A DNA stretch of 58,978 bases, counting the filler, from Ferroacidibacillus organovorans (GTDB lineage Bacteria > Bacillota > Bacilli > Alicyclobacillales > SLC66), in NCBI RefSeq assembly GCF_001642725.1. It is 7 parts of 7 records of this genome, joined end to end, with 100 filler letters (N's around TTAATTAATTAA, not from the genome) between each part and the next. Parts side by side here need not be neighbours in the genome. Positions count along the whole stretch, not along the records: positions 1 to 8,768 come from NZ_LSUQ01000082.1; positions 8,869 to 17,613 come from NZ_LSUQ01000083.1; 5 more parts are not named here. One strand, given 5' to 3'. A program made the translations under genes and the position numbers. Each line of letters begins with the position of its first letter. The first letter of the stretch is position 1. The notes under the pieces were generated by a model, which was given only the letters and a program-made list of their open reading frames with translations, was not told where the DNA came from and searched no databases. Shown in pieces: positions 1-9,927 of this stretch.

Positions 1-2196
1 TTTGACGCCGAGTGGATTCTGCGGCGCGGGCGTCTCTGTGAACGCCGTCTCCATCTCCGGAAAAAAGCGCGCCTTTGGCATCGCGTAGTCCATAAAGGTA
101 CCGGTGAGTAACTGCCCCTCCTCGTCATAAACCGCACCTTCGTAGAGCGCCTGACCGATCCCTTGAACGATCCCGCCGTGAACCTGCCCTTCTGCGATCA
201 GCGGATTGATCACACGTCCGCAATCGTCAACGGCAATATAGCGCAGGAGGGAAACCTCGCCTGTGTCAGGATCGATCTCAACGACACAGAGGTGTGTGCC
301 AAATGGATATACGAAGTTGACCGGATCGTAAAAGGCATGCCCTTCAAGCCCTGGCTCGACCCCTTTGGGCAGATTCCAGGCGAGATACGCCTGGAGCGTC
401 ACCTCTTGAAAGGTCACGCTGCGCGCGGTACTTCCTTTGATTGAAAACTTCCCGTCTGAGAAGGCCACGTCCTCTTCCGAGGCCTCCAGCATGTGCGCGG
501 CGATCTTACTCGCCTTCTCAATCACGCGATCGGTCGCCACCGCAAGCGCGTTGCCGCCAACCGGCGTTGTGCGCGAACCATACGTACCCCAGCCCATGGC
601 AATCCGCGCGGTGTCTCCGTGGACAATCTCAATGTCTTCGACGGGCACGCCCAGTCGATCCGATACAATTTGCGCAAATGTCGTTTCTTCACCCTGACCG
701 TGCGGGGATGCGCCTGTAAACGCCGTGATCTTTCCGGTCGGGTGCACGCGCACCGTCGAGCTCTCCCAGAGGCCGCCTTGAAACCCTACGGCGCCCGCGA
801 CCTGAGACGGTCCCAATCCGCAAATTTCAACATAGGTGGTGCAACCGATGCCAATGAGTCGCCCTTCTTTTCGCCACTGCTCCTGCTGTTGCCGCAGCTC
901 TTGGTAAGATAGCATCTCTAAGGCGCGCTCGAGCGCCAAATGATACTGGCCACTGTCATACTCAAGACCAAGCGGTGTGGTGTACGGAAACTGATCGGCG
1001 CGAATCAGATTTTGGCGGCGCACTTCCACCGGGTCCTTTCCAAGTTCGTTTGCAAAAAGATCCACCATACGCTCAAGCACATACGTGGCCTCTGGGCGGC
1101 CCGCGCCGCGATACGCGTCCGTCGGCGTCGTGTTGGTAAACACGCCATACACATCCACCTCTGCGTGCGTAAACTGATACGCGCCAGGCACGATCAAACC
1201 AAACAGGATCGTCGGCACGCCAGGCCCTGCTGTCGAGAGGTACGCGCCCATGTTGGCGATGTTTTTCACGCGAATCGCAGTCATCGTGCCATCGCGCTTT
1301 CCTGCGAGCTCCACGTCAAGGATCATGTCGCGCCCATGCGTTGTCGCGAGAAAATGCTCGCGTCGATCTTCCATCCACTTGACGGGGCGGCCAAGCTCCA
1401 TCGCCGCGAATCCAACGAGCGCCTCGTCGGGGTAACAGGCAATTTTGGCGCCAAATCCGCCGCCCACATCGACGGACACGATGCGCAACTTATGTTCAGG
1501 AATGCCGAGAATGAGCGAGAGCAAGAAGCGATGAATGTGCGGATTCTGCGACGTGAGATGGAGCGTCAGCTCTCCAGTACCCGCATTGTACGAGGCAGTC
1601 GTTGCGCGCGTCTCCATCGGGTTTGGAATCAGCCGCTGCTGGCGGAACTCGTGGCGCACAACCACTTCCGCCTCTTCAAACAAAACGTCGGGCGCATCGC
1701 CCGCCTTCCAGTGAAAGGCGATATTGTTCGGCGCATCCTCATGCACAAGCGGAGCGCCTTCCTGCATCGCCGCGCGCTGATCCACGACGACGCCGAGTGG
1801 TTCATACTCCACCTTGATCAAATCAAGCGCGTCACGCGCCGCGTAGCGGCTCTCTGCGACAACGAGCGCGACGCCATCTCCGACATAGCGCACAACGTCG
1901 TGCGCGAGCGCCGGATGAACCGTGGTCTTTATGTCGGAGTTTGGCGGCAGCCACGCCGTTGGTATGGCTCCCACTTTCCCGAGAATATCTTTTCCGGTGT
2001 ACACCGCGACAACGCCTGACGCGTTCCTTGCACGCTCTACGTCAATCGAGCGAATGTTCGCATGCGCGTAGGGACTGCGCAGAATCATTGCGTAGAGCAT
2101 GCCAGGCAGTGCGACATCATCCGAATATGTTCCTTTTCCCGTGATCAGGCGCGGATCTTCCCGCCGTTTGACCTTTGTGCCAAAGACTGTCGCCAT
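1..2196 (-). CDS. coxL: Xanthine dehydrogenase-family molybdopterin-binding large subunit (form II CoxL/CutL-like), 3'-truncated by window edge
   Basis: Missing from the ORF track. Manual translation from the ATG overlapping the coxS stop (TGATG, 2194-2198) gives [28 protein letters not shown]...LRSPYAHA. The active-site loop AYRGAGR is at 1096-1116. Confidence 0.88.
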   Translation of the reverse strand, partial: MATVFGTKVKRREDPRLITGKGTYSDDVALPGMLYAMILRSPYAHANIRSIDVERARNASGVVAVYTGKDILGKVGAIPTAWLPPNSDIKTTVHPALAHDVVRYVGDGVALVVAESRYAARDALDLIKVEYEPLGVVVDQRAAMQEGAPLVHEDAPNNIAFHWKAGDAPDVLFEEAEVVVRHEFRQQRLIPNPMETRATTASYNAGTGELTLHLTSQNPHIHRFLLSLILGIPEHKLRIVSVDVGGGFGAKIACYPDEALVGFAAMELGRPVKWMEDRREHFLATTHGRDMILDVELAGKRDGTMTAIRVKNIANMGAYLSTAGPGVPTILFGLIVPGAYQFTHAEVDVYGVFTNTTPTDAYRGAGRPEATYVLERMVDLFANELGKDPVEVRRQNLIRADQFPYTTPLGLEYDSGQYHLALERALEMLSYQELRQQQEQWRKEGRLIGIGCTTYVEICGLGPSQVAGAVGFQGGLWESSTVRVHPTGKITAFTGASPHGQGEETTFAQIVSDRLGVPVEDIEIVHGDTARIAMGWGTYGSRTTPVGGNALAVATDRVIEKASKIAAHMLEASEEDVAFSDGKFSIKGSTARSVTFQEVTLQAYLAWNLPKGVEPGLEGHAFYDPVNFVYPFGTHLCVVEIDPDTGEVSLLRYIAVDDCGRVINPLIAEGQVHGGIVQGIGQALYEGAVYDEEGQLLTGTFMDYAMPKARFFPEMETAFTETPAPQNPLGVK

Positions 2197-2720
2197 CAGC
2201 CGCGCCCTCCTTCCGCCTCGGCCGCCACTTCTGGCGCGGCAACCTGTTGGTTCATTTGCTGGGCCGCGTATTGCACGGCGCGAACGATGTTTTGGTAGCC
2301 CGTACAGCGACAGAGAACGCCTTCGAGACCGTCGCGAATTTCCTCTTCCGTGGGATTTGGGTTGTGTGCGAGCAGATCGGTCGCCGCCATCATGACGCCT
2401 GGCGTACAAAACCCGCACTGCAGACCGTGTTTCTCCCAAAATCCTTGCTGAATCGGGTGGAGATTCTCGATCGTTCCGAGGCCTTCAACGGTCGTCACCT
2501 GCTCACCGTCTGCCTGAACGGCGAGAACCGTACATGATTTGACAGCGCTTCCATTTAGGAGAACCGTGCATGCGCCGCATTGGCTCGTATCACAGCCAAT
2601 GTGCGTGCCAGTCATTTGCAATGTATCGCGAAGAAGGTGCACCAAGAGTGTGCGCGGTTCAACGTCAACCGTATGCGGTTTTCCGTTGATCGTCAGTGAA
2701 AGAGATATCGTCTCGCTCAT
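2196..2720 (-). CDS. coxS: 2x[2Fe-2S] small subunit of a CoxS/CutS-type molybdenum hydroxylase
   Basis: Motifs [20 protein letters not shown] and LCRCTGY; translationally coupled to the large subunit. Confidence 0.92.
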   Translation of the reverse strand: MSETISLSLTINGKPHTVDVEPRTLLVHLLRDTLQMTGTHIGCDTSQCGACTVLLNGSAVKSCTVLAVQADGEQVTTVEGLGTIENLHPIQQGFWEKHGLQCGFCTPGVMMAATDLLAHNPNPTEEEIRDGLEGVLCRCTGYQNIVRAVQYAAQQMNQQVAAPEVAAEAEGGRG

Positions 2721-2860
2721 CCTTTCCCTCCCGTGTCGCCCAGTTTAGGCAAGTCTGAATATTTCACCCATATCGTATCATGAACAAACTCTCGCGACAA
2801 CGAGTCTATCGCTTTTTGAATATCAAATTCGAAATACGGGCGTATCACAAAGGTACTGCT

Positions 2861-2893
2861 GAGATCTTCGCTTTAAGAGAATGCGAAGATCTC
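2861..2893. repeat. Perfect 11-bp inverted repeat (terminator or operator) between the esterase gene and coxS
   Basis: GAGATCTTCGC-N11-GCGAAGATCTC; no clear U-tract. Confidence 0.5.
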
Positions 2894-2983
2894 CCATAAA
2901 GGTTCGCAGTAGAACTCCGCGTACCACTGCGTAACAGCTTCGAGTGATCGCGTGTCGCCCTCAGCGAGTCCCCCACTGTAGCG

Positions 2984-3925
2984 TTATTGCGCCGCGTGCA
3001 GTGCCTGGCGCAACGAATCCGCCGCCGCGTGCAGCGCTTCTTCCCGCTCAGGCAGTCCCCAGTCCGTGCTGAAATAGCCGTGAATCAGCCCCGATGCGCA
3101 CTGAAATGAAACTGCGACACCCGCCGCGCGCAGATGTTCTGCGTACGCCTCTCCCTCCGAACGCAACGGATCGCACTCTGCCACGAGTACGAACGCAGGC
3201 GCGAGCCCCTCTGCCGACGCCTCGCGCGGACAAAGGTCGGGCAGCTTTCGCGCTGTGCCTTTTGGCGCGTACTGATCCCAAAACCAGATCAGCGCATCTC
3301 TGGTCAGATTGACATTGTCCGCGTATTCGCAATACGACGGCGAGTCAAATCGCTCCGGCTCAATCATCGGGTAGATCAGCATCTGATATCCAATCGAAAA
3401 CTCCCCGCGATCGCGCGCGCGAATGGCCGTCGCCGCCGCCAGATTGCCACCCGCGCTATCCCCGCCGACCGCGATGCGCGCGGGATCGAATCCGAGCCTA
3501 TGCCCGTTTTGCGCAACCCAGCGGGTCGCGTCGTACGCGTCATCAATCGCCGCCGGATACGGATGCTCCGGCGCAAGCCGATAATCCACTGACACCACTG
3601 CGATCTGCGCGTAATTGGCGAGCGCGCGACACGTGTCATCGACAGTCTCCACGCTGCCCACCACAAACCCGCCTCCGTGAAAATAGACGAGAACCGGAAG
3701 CCGTTCATCACGATTTGGGCGGTACATGCGCAGGGTGAGCGGCCCGCCCTTTCCCGCGATGTAAATCTCGCGCACCTCATAAACCGGGCGAAGATCCTTC
3801 TGCATCTGGCGCGCCACCTCTTCGCGCTGCGCGCGCGCCTCTAAGACATCTTGCTCATAGATCGGTTTTGCGCCGCTCGCCTTCATGGTCTCAAGCAACG
3901 CTTTCACAGCAGGTTTCAACGCCAC
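2984..3925 (-). CDS. Alpha/beta hydrolase, HSL/Aes-type esterase-lipase
   Basis: HGGG oxyanion motif, GDSAG nucleophile elbow, DPL and HG catalytic motifs. Confidence 0.92.
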   Translation of the reverse strand: MALKPAVKALLETMKASGAKPIYEQDVLEARAQREEVARQMQKDLRPVYEVREIYIAGKGGPLTLRMYRPNRDERLPVLVYFHGGGFVVGSVETVDDTCRALANYAQIAVVSVDYRLAPEHPYPAAIDDAYDATRWVAQNGHRLGFDPARIAVGGDSAGGNLAAATAIRARDRGEFSIGYQMLIYPMIEPERFDSPSYCEYADNVNLTRDALIWFWDQYAPKGTARKLPDLCPREASAEGLAPAFVLVAECDPLRSEGEAYAEHLRAAGVAVSFQCASGLIHGYFSTDWGLPEREEALHAAADSLRQALHAAQ

Positions 3926-3940
3926 GTGTCACACAACCCT

Positions 3941-5101
3941 TCACGAATTTAAAAATCGATCCATGCGCTCAAACGCCCGCTCAAGTTGAGCGAGTGACGT
4001 CGCGTAGGAACAGCGGACGAATCCTTCGCCAGACGGCCCAAACACGGCGCCTGGGACGACCGCGACACGCTCCACCTTTAAAAGCTGCTCCGCGAACGCC
4101 TCGGAAGAAAGCCCTGACGCGCGGATGTCGGGAAACGCGTAAAACGCGCCTTGCGGTTCATGGCAAGCGAGCCCGATCTCGCGCAGGCGCTTGACGACAA
4201 AGCGTCGCCGCTGATCGTACTGCTCCACCATCGCTTGCCGCTCGCGCTCGCCGTTTCGCAGTGCCTCAAGCGCCGCCATTTGCCCCATGATCGGCGCGCA
4301 CAGCATCGTGTACTGATGAATCTTGACCATCGCCGCAAGCACGTCGCGCGGCGCCGTCGCGTAGCCGATGCGCCAGCCCGTCATCGCGTACGCCTTTGAC
4401 ATGCCACTGATCACAATCGTGCGCTCTTTCATGCCAGGCAGGCTTGCGATGCTTACGTGGCGCACCCCATAGGTGAGTTCCGCGTAGATCTCATCGCTGA
4501 TGACCAACAGGTCGTGCGCAATCGCGACGCTTGCAATCTGCGCGAGTGCCGCGCGATCAAGAATCGCCCCCGTCGGATTGTTTGGAGCACACAGAATCAG
4601 CACCTTGCTGCGCTTTGTCAGCGCGGCGCGCAGGGCGTCTTCCGTCAAGCGAAACTGATCCATCGCGTGTGTCGCAATCTTTTTCACCGTCGCCCCGGCG
4701 AGAATCGCACAAGGTTCATACGAAACATACGCCGGCTCCGGGATCAAAACCTCATCCCCCGGCTGGATCACGGCGCGCAGCGCGAGATCGATCGCCTCAC
4801 TCCCGCCAACCGTCACCAGCACCTCATCTTTTGGGTCATACGATAAGTCAAACGTTTCAAGGTATTGCGCAATCGCTTCGCGCAGCGCGGGCAATCCCGC
4901 ATTCGCCGTGTAGGTTGTGTACCCGCGCTCGAGCGCGTAAAAGCACGCCTCGCGCACATGCCACGGCGTGACAAAATCAGGCTCGCCGACGCCAAGCGAG
5001 ATGACGTCATCCATTTGGCTTGCCAAATCAAAAAAGCGGCGAATCCCGGATGGCGCAAGTTGTTCGACGAGAGGCGAGAGCTTTCCTTCAAACGCGCTCA
5101 C
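3941..5101 (-). CDS. alaT: PLP-dependent class I/II aminotransferase (YugH/AlaT-like)
   Basis: GEPDF, PNNPTG, DEIY and SKAYAMTGWRIG motifs; overlaps the upstream Lrp gene as in yugG-yugH. Confidence 0.85.
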   Translation of the reverse strand: MSAFEGKLSPLVEQLAPSGIRRFFDLASQMDDVISLGVGEPDFVTPWHVREACFYALERGYTTYTANAGLPALREAIAQYLETFDLSYDPKDEVLVTVGGSEAIDLALRAVIQPGDEVLIPEPAYVSYEPCAILAGATVKKIATHAMDQFRLTEDALRAALTKRSKVLILCAPNNPTGAILDRAALAQIASVAIAHDLLVISDEIYAELTYGVRHVSIASLPGMKERTIVISGMSKAYAMTGWRIGYATAPRDVLAAMVKIHQYTMLCAPIMGQMAALEALRNGERERQAMVEQYDQRRRFVVKRLREIGLACHEPQGAFYAFPDIRASGLSSEAFAEQLLKVERVAVVPGAVFGPSGEGFVRCSYATSLAQLERAFERMDRFLNS

Positions 5102-5592
5102 GGTGCGACAACCAAGCGCTTCTCGTCTTCGCGATCATCAAAGATGACCCCATCCGCTTTATAGGTCTTCAGGAGAAAGTGCGTCGCCGTGCCTGTCACG
5201 TGCTCGATTGTCGCAAGGCGTTCCGAGACAAATGTCGCAACATCGCGCAGATGACTGCCCTCTACGACCACTTGCAGATCGTAGGCGCCCGACATCAGCG
5301 CGACTGACTTTACCTCGCTAAAGCGATAGATGCGGCGCGCAATCGCGTCAAACCCCACCTCGCGCTGCGGGGTCACCCGCACATCGATCACCGCCGTCAC
5401 GCCATTGCCTTCCACCTTGTCCCAATTGACAATCGCCGAGTAGCCAAGGATCACGCGCGACTGCTCCGCTTCCGCAATCGCGGCGCGCACCTCAGCGGGT
5501 TCTTCATCAAGCAGAGTTGCCAACATTTCATCGGTATATTTCGCATTTTCATGAAGCAGGTGCAGCAGTTTTATCCGTTTCTCTGAATCCAT
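5098..5592 (-). CDS. alaR: Lrp/AsnC-family regulator (YugG/AlaR-like)
   Basis: N-terminal HTH plus RAM domain (MSGAYDL, TATHFLLKTYK). Start moved to MDSEK at 5592. Confidence 0.82.
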   Translation of the reverse strand: MDSEKRIKLLHLLHENAKYTDEMLATLLDEEPAEVRAAIAEAEQSRVILGYSAIVNWDKVEGNGVTAVIDVRVTPQREVGFDAIARRIYRFSEVKSVALMSGAYDLQVVVEGSHLRDVATFVSERLATIEHVTGTATHFLLKTYKADGVIFDDREDEKRLVVAP

Positions 5593-5800
5593 CTCCACGC
5601 ATCCATTTCTTTGTAAGATGTGCCACTCCAAACGTACCGAGAAAGCTGCGCTCCCGTCAAGTCAAACGGAGCGAACGACGCAAATCCATGTCGCAAAAGG
5701 GTTTGACCGCTCGTTTTGCAGAGCGGCTCAAGAAATTTTTTGGTGTAACGTTGCGCCATTGTGCAAAAGCTAGGTGCGTTCACAAAAAGGGGGAATGATC

Positions 5801-6091
5801 ATGCCGGATCATCGGAGCAGCCTGCAAGCGCAAAGTCCCTTGGCGGATGCGCAAAACTCGGTCGAAAAGGCGGGGCGCGCCGCCAATCAGGCAAGCGCGA
5901 ATCCGAGTCGCGAAACGTTCATGCAAGCTGAAAACGCGCTGTCTCACGCGACGCGCGCTGTCTCTCAGGCGGATGACGAGCATGGGCAGGCGCTACAGCA
6001 GGTGAATCAACAGCTGGCTGACGTGAATGCGAAACTCGAACACGCGAAACACGAAGACCCGTTTGATGAGCAGAACCATCTGCCTGTCTAA
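5801..6091 (+). CDS. Small Ala/Gln-rich helical hypothetical protein
   Basis: AAGGGGG RBS upstream; ORF fills the intergenic gap. Confidence 0.6.
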   Translation: MPDHRSSLQAQSPLADAQNSVEKAGRAANQASANPSRETFMQAENALSHATRAVSQADDEHGQALQQVNQQLADVNAKLEHAKHEDPFDEQNHLPV

Positions 6092-6133
6092 CGCGCACAA
6101 TACGACGCGCCGTTCGCACGCATCACGCGAGTG

Positions 6134-7555
6134 TCAACGGCGCGTCTCAAACCATGTAAAGACCTCCCGCGCGTGGTCACCGAGGCTTGTAAGCGACGCG
6201 TGAAACAGTTCGTGCAGATCACGCTGCCCGCGATGCTCAACCCGCGCTGTCGCCGGTGTGCCGTAATACGGATGAGGCATCACCCGCGGCGCGTCGGTGC
6301 GCGGTGTGGAGCGCGTGAGCACCTGCGCGAGATCAACCGCTTGCCGGTCGCGCTCTGTGAGGTAGGATAGGCCAAATCGCTCTGTCGCCGTATGCAGAAT
6401 CGCCGTATGGTCGGCGGGCACTTCTTTTCCTGATGCGTCACGCGGTCGAAAGACGGTCCCTTGTTCAATGTAGGGAGAAATCAACACAGTACATACGCGG
6501 ACACCCAAGCGGTCAAAGCGAAAATTGCACTGGCCAAGCGGTTTGTTCAAATCAGGCGGAACAGCGACAGGCGGTGGCACGTGATCATAGCATCCCCCGT
6601 GCTCGTCATACGTTACGATCAGCAGTGTTCGCTCAAAGCACGGACTCACGCGAAGCGCCTCATACACCTGAAACAAAAGCCACTCTCCGGGAAGCATGGA
6701 CGACGGTGGGTGTTGGTCGTTTGCGTCCGGCCCGAGAAACTGCGGCTCAAGATACGCGTAACTCGGAAGTGTGCCACGCGCGCAATCCTCATAGAACTGA
6801 TCGAGCGGTGAAAAATGGGTCCACGCATAAGGGAACAGTGCAGGCAAGTGAATCATAAGCGTCAGTGGAAGGATGTCTTTGACGCTGTAGTAGACGCGCC
6901 ACGAAAGGTCTTCTCGCTTGGCGTCGGAGATTCGGTTAAAGAGCGTGGGTGCCGCGTTTTTCACCCACTCGGTATATGGCTCGTTGTTCACGAGCCCACG
7001 CGATGTCCCAGCGTGAAGAAACGCGCGGTTCGCCCATGTTTGGCTTGGCACGGAGGAAAAATAGCGATCACACACAGCGTAAGAGCGCGCGAGGCTGGAT
7101 AATACGGGAAGCGATTCTGGCGTATAACACTGCATGATCTGCCGCAGTCCTTCTGTTGGAAGAGAACCGCCCGCGAGCGGCTGCCCCACTCCTTCTTGCA
7201 ACACGCGCGCAAAATCCTTGACAAATCCATTCATTTTTATGTCGCGCTGTCCGTGAAACACAGGATACGTTCCATAGATCTGCCGGGCAACGTGCGCGAA
7301 CGTCTCACCTGGATCAACCTGTGGAATGTCGAGCGATGTGGCAGGCCTGACGTATATCGCGTGTGCAGCGCTCGACCCAACCCCTGGAAGCGGATTGCTC
7401 AGCGTCTTGTCAGCCACCCCGTCAAACGGTTGTCCGCGCGCCGGGCGATCACTCTCCTTCGCGGAGTGAGGATCATACAGATACCCCGCCACTTGATCAA
7501 ACGAACGATTTTCGAGCATAAGCACTACGATGTGGTCGAATCGATGCGTTTTCAT
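6134..7555 (-). CDS. Phosphoesterase family protein (phospholipase C / AcpA type)
   Basis: HIVVLMLENRSFD, TWANR, DQHPP and TYDEHGGCYDHVPPP motifs. Confidence 0.9.
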   Translation of the reverse strand: MKTHRFDHIVVLMLENRSFDQVAGYLYDPHSAKESDRPARGQPFDGVADKTLSNPLPGVGSSAAHAIYVRPATSLDIPQVDPGETFAHVARQIYGTYPVFHGQRDIKMNGFVKDFARVLQEGVGQPLAGGSLPTEGLRQIMQCYTPESLPVLSSLARSYAVCDRYFSSVPSQTWANRAFLHAGTSRGLVNNEPYTEWVKNAAPTLFNRISDAKREDLSWRVYYSVKDILPLTLMIHLPALFPYAWTHFSPLDQFYEDCARGTLPSYAYLEPQFLGPDANDQHPPSSMLPGEWLLFQVYEALRVSPCFERTLLIVTYDEHGGCYDHVPPPVAVPPDLNKPLGQCNFRFDRLGVRVCTVLISPYIEQGTVFRPRDASGKEVPADHTAILHTATERFGLSYLTERDRQAVDLAQVLTRSTPRTDAPRVMPHPYYGTPATARVEHRGQRDLHELFHASLTSLGDHAREVFTWFETRR

Positions 7556-7624
7556 GCTGCATCCTATGACGGAGGGACACGATTGGTTTCTGCACGCCGC
7601 GCACTCCCGCGCCGCACAGATCTT

Positions 7625-8768
7625 TTAGCGTTGGCGCAATCGATACTTTTGCAGCTTGCCGGTCGACGTCCGCGGGAGCGCATCGACAAACGCGTACTCT
7701 TTTGGCGTTTTAAAGTGCGCCAACCGTTCGCGACACCACACGTTTAGTTCATCAGACGAAACCGTAACCCCCGACTTCAACACGACAAACGCTTTCGGTA
7801 CTTCTCCCCACTTCTCGTGAGGCACTGCGACGACACCCGCCTCAAGAATTGCCGGATGTTGATAGAGCACACCCTCCACCTCAACGGAAGATACGTTCTC
7901 ACCACCCGAGATGATCACATCCTTTGCCCGATCGACAATTTGAATGTAGCCATTCGGATGCACCACCGCGAGATCACCTGTGTAAAAGTAGCCGCCGCGA
8001 ATCACCTTCGCCGTTTCTTCCGGCTGTTTGTAGTAGCCCTCCATGACGGTGTTTCCGCGCGCGGCAATCTCGCCAATCTCGATGCCATCCCACGCCACAT
8101 CGACGCCGTCACTGCGAAACACGCGCGTCTCACCGCTAAACACCATCTCCACACCCTGGCGCGCCTTGACATTCGCCGTCTCTTCCTCTGAAAGCTTGGC
8201 AAACGCGTCGACCCATTCACAGTACGTGATCAGGGGTGTCGTCTCCGTCAAGCCATACACGTGCGTGATGTCCATTTTCAGCAGCCGCTCTGCCTGCTCG
8301 ATCACTGCAGCGGGTGGAGGCGATCCAGCCGTCGCGAAACGAATTGTCTTTGTCAGCTTGCGCTCTGGCAGTGACGCCGCGTTTAGCAGCATATTGATCA
8401 CCGTTGGCGCGCCAAACGCGACGGTGATTCCCAGGTTTTCAAAAAGTGAGAGGATGACGTCTGGATCGACGCGGCGCAGACAGACGTGCGTTGCCCCTAC
8501 GGCTGTGAACACCCAAACACTGCCCCAGCCATTGACGTGAAACATGGGCAGCGTATGGAGGTACACATCGTCGTGATGGACACGCATGTGAAAAAGCACA
8601 TCCGCCGCGTTGATGTAATTGTTGCGATGTGTAAGCACGACACCTTTCGGGCGCGATGTTGTCCCGCTTGTATAATTGATCGTAAGCGGCAGATCCTCAT
8701 CCAGTTCACACGCAAACGGAGTCGCATCTGCGTTTGCGAGGAGCAACTCATAAGGTACCCATCCCTGG
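7625..8768 (-). CDS. Acyl-CoA synthetase / AMP-binding enzyme, 5'-truncated by contig end
   Basis: YTSGTTSRPKGV, YGLTE, TGDLA, DRAKDVIISGGEN and PRTSTGK motifs. Confidence 0.92.
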
Positions 8769-8868
8769 NNNNNNNNNNNNNNNNNNNNNNNNNNNNNNNN
8801 NNNNNNNNNNNNTTAATTAATTAANNNNNNNNNNNNNNNNNNNNNNNNNNNNNNNNNNNNNNNNNNNN
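8769..8868. other. Artificial contig spacer
   Basis: N-run, TTAATTAATTAA (stops in all six frames), N-run; 100 nt. Confidence 0.99.
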
Positions 8869-8988
8869 AGCGAGGGACTCATGGTTGGATTCCGAGCGGC
8901 TTGGGGTTATGCGGCAGGGACGCTTGGGCTCACACTGCTTTTGTTCGCATGGCTCGCTATAAAAGTCCGTTTGAGACAGAGGGTATGA
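8869..8988 (+). CDS. C-terminal fragment of a membrane protein (possibly MFS), 5'-truncated
   Basis: Manual translation: SEGLMVGFRAAWGYAAGTLGLTLLLFAWLAIKVRLRQRV*. Confidence 0.5.
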   Translation, partial: SEGLMVGFRAAWGYAAGTLGLTLLLFAWLAIKVRLRQRV

Positions 8989-9454
8989 AGACTTAAACAT
9001 CATTTCTTCTCGTACACAGAAAGGAAGTTGTCAGCCCTTTTCCCGCGGACACAGCATGATATTAAGTCAAGAAAGTAGACACGATAAACAGAGACGATTG
9101 ATCATTTTAAATCCTTGGTTAGGTCGATCCACCTTCTGTGGTTTCGACACAGAATTCATTTTCTAAAATATCCTGATCCAGATGTCCAGGACAAGAACAT
9201 CCCTTAACATTCTCACCACATTCTTCGTTAGAAAGTCCGCGCTTCGTACATCCTTTCATCGTGATGCGGTGATACATAGCCAATCGACGAATGGATTTTC
9301 TAACGATTGTAAAAAACTTCGATTGAGTGCCCGGAGTGGACATGGATCCAGAGTTTGGCCCTATCGGAATCTCTCGGACGGTGGTGAGGGAATGTTATTT
9401 GAATGGGTGAGGCAGTCGTGGCTCGGATTATCGATCTATCACGGAACTGCAATT

Positions 9455-9895
9455 ATGAAGCCACTATGGATTGGGATCGCGTTTATCGCATTTGCCCTTG
9501 TGGCGGCGCGGTTTGACATTCGGGAACGGCGAATTCCAAACGTCCTGAACCTGTTTGGACTGGGGCTCTTTTTGGCGTTGCACTTCGGTGTTGGTTCGGG
9601 AGAAGAGGCGTTTTTCGCCTTCGTTTGCACCGGACTGCTGCTTCTCGTTCCGACGCTTCTTGGACTCTGGGGCCAGGGGAACTGGAAGATGGCCATGGTT
9701 TGCGGGCAGCACTCGGTGTGCTGCCCACGCTGTTCATATGGTGACTGGCGTTGCTCTTTGCCAAGGTCTATAGTACGGCGGTCAAAAAATACGTGGTTCG
9801 ATGGCTACCAACCGACACCAAGAAGGGGACTGCCCATAGTGGTTTTTGTCCTCGTGTCGACGATCCTCTTCTGTGCAGTGATGTCTTTATTCTGA
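9455..9895 (+). pseudogene. A24 prepilin peptidase (TadV/CpaA-like) pseudogene
   Basis: DIRERRIPN motif present; the GxGDxK motif reads GQGNWK. Frameshifts near 9705 and 9827, with TGA at 9742-9744 in the hydrophobic frame. Confidence 0.75.
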
Positions 9896-9927
9896 AAGTT
9901 AATAGCGCCCTGAAAGGGGGCCTCTTC

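Noticed and set aside
940..2019. 359-aa plus-strand ORF and other long antisense ORFs (e.g. 44711-45685, 36528-37301)
   Set aside because: Shadow frames of well-supported opposite-strand genes in GC-rich DNA.
8769..8868. Recurrent TTAATTAATTAA palindrome within N-runs (six copies)
   Set aside because: Artificial contig linker. ORFs ending in LIN and any cross-spacer synteny are artefacts.
9119..9343. Cys-containing minus-strand small ORF
   Set aside because: No recognisable motif or RBS; probably debris in a decayed region.
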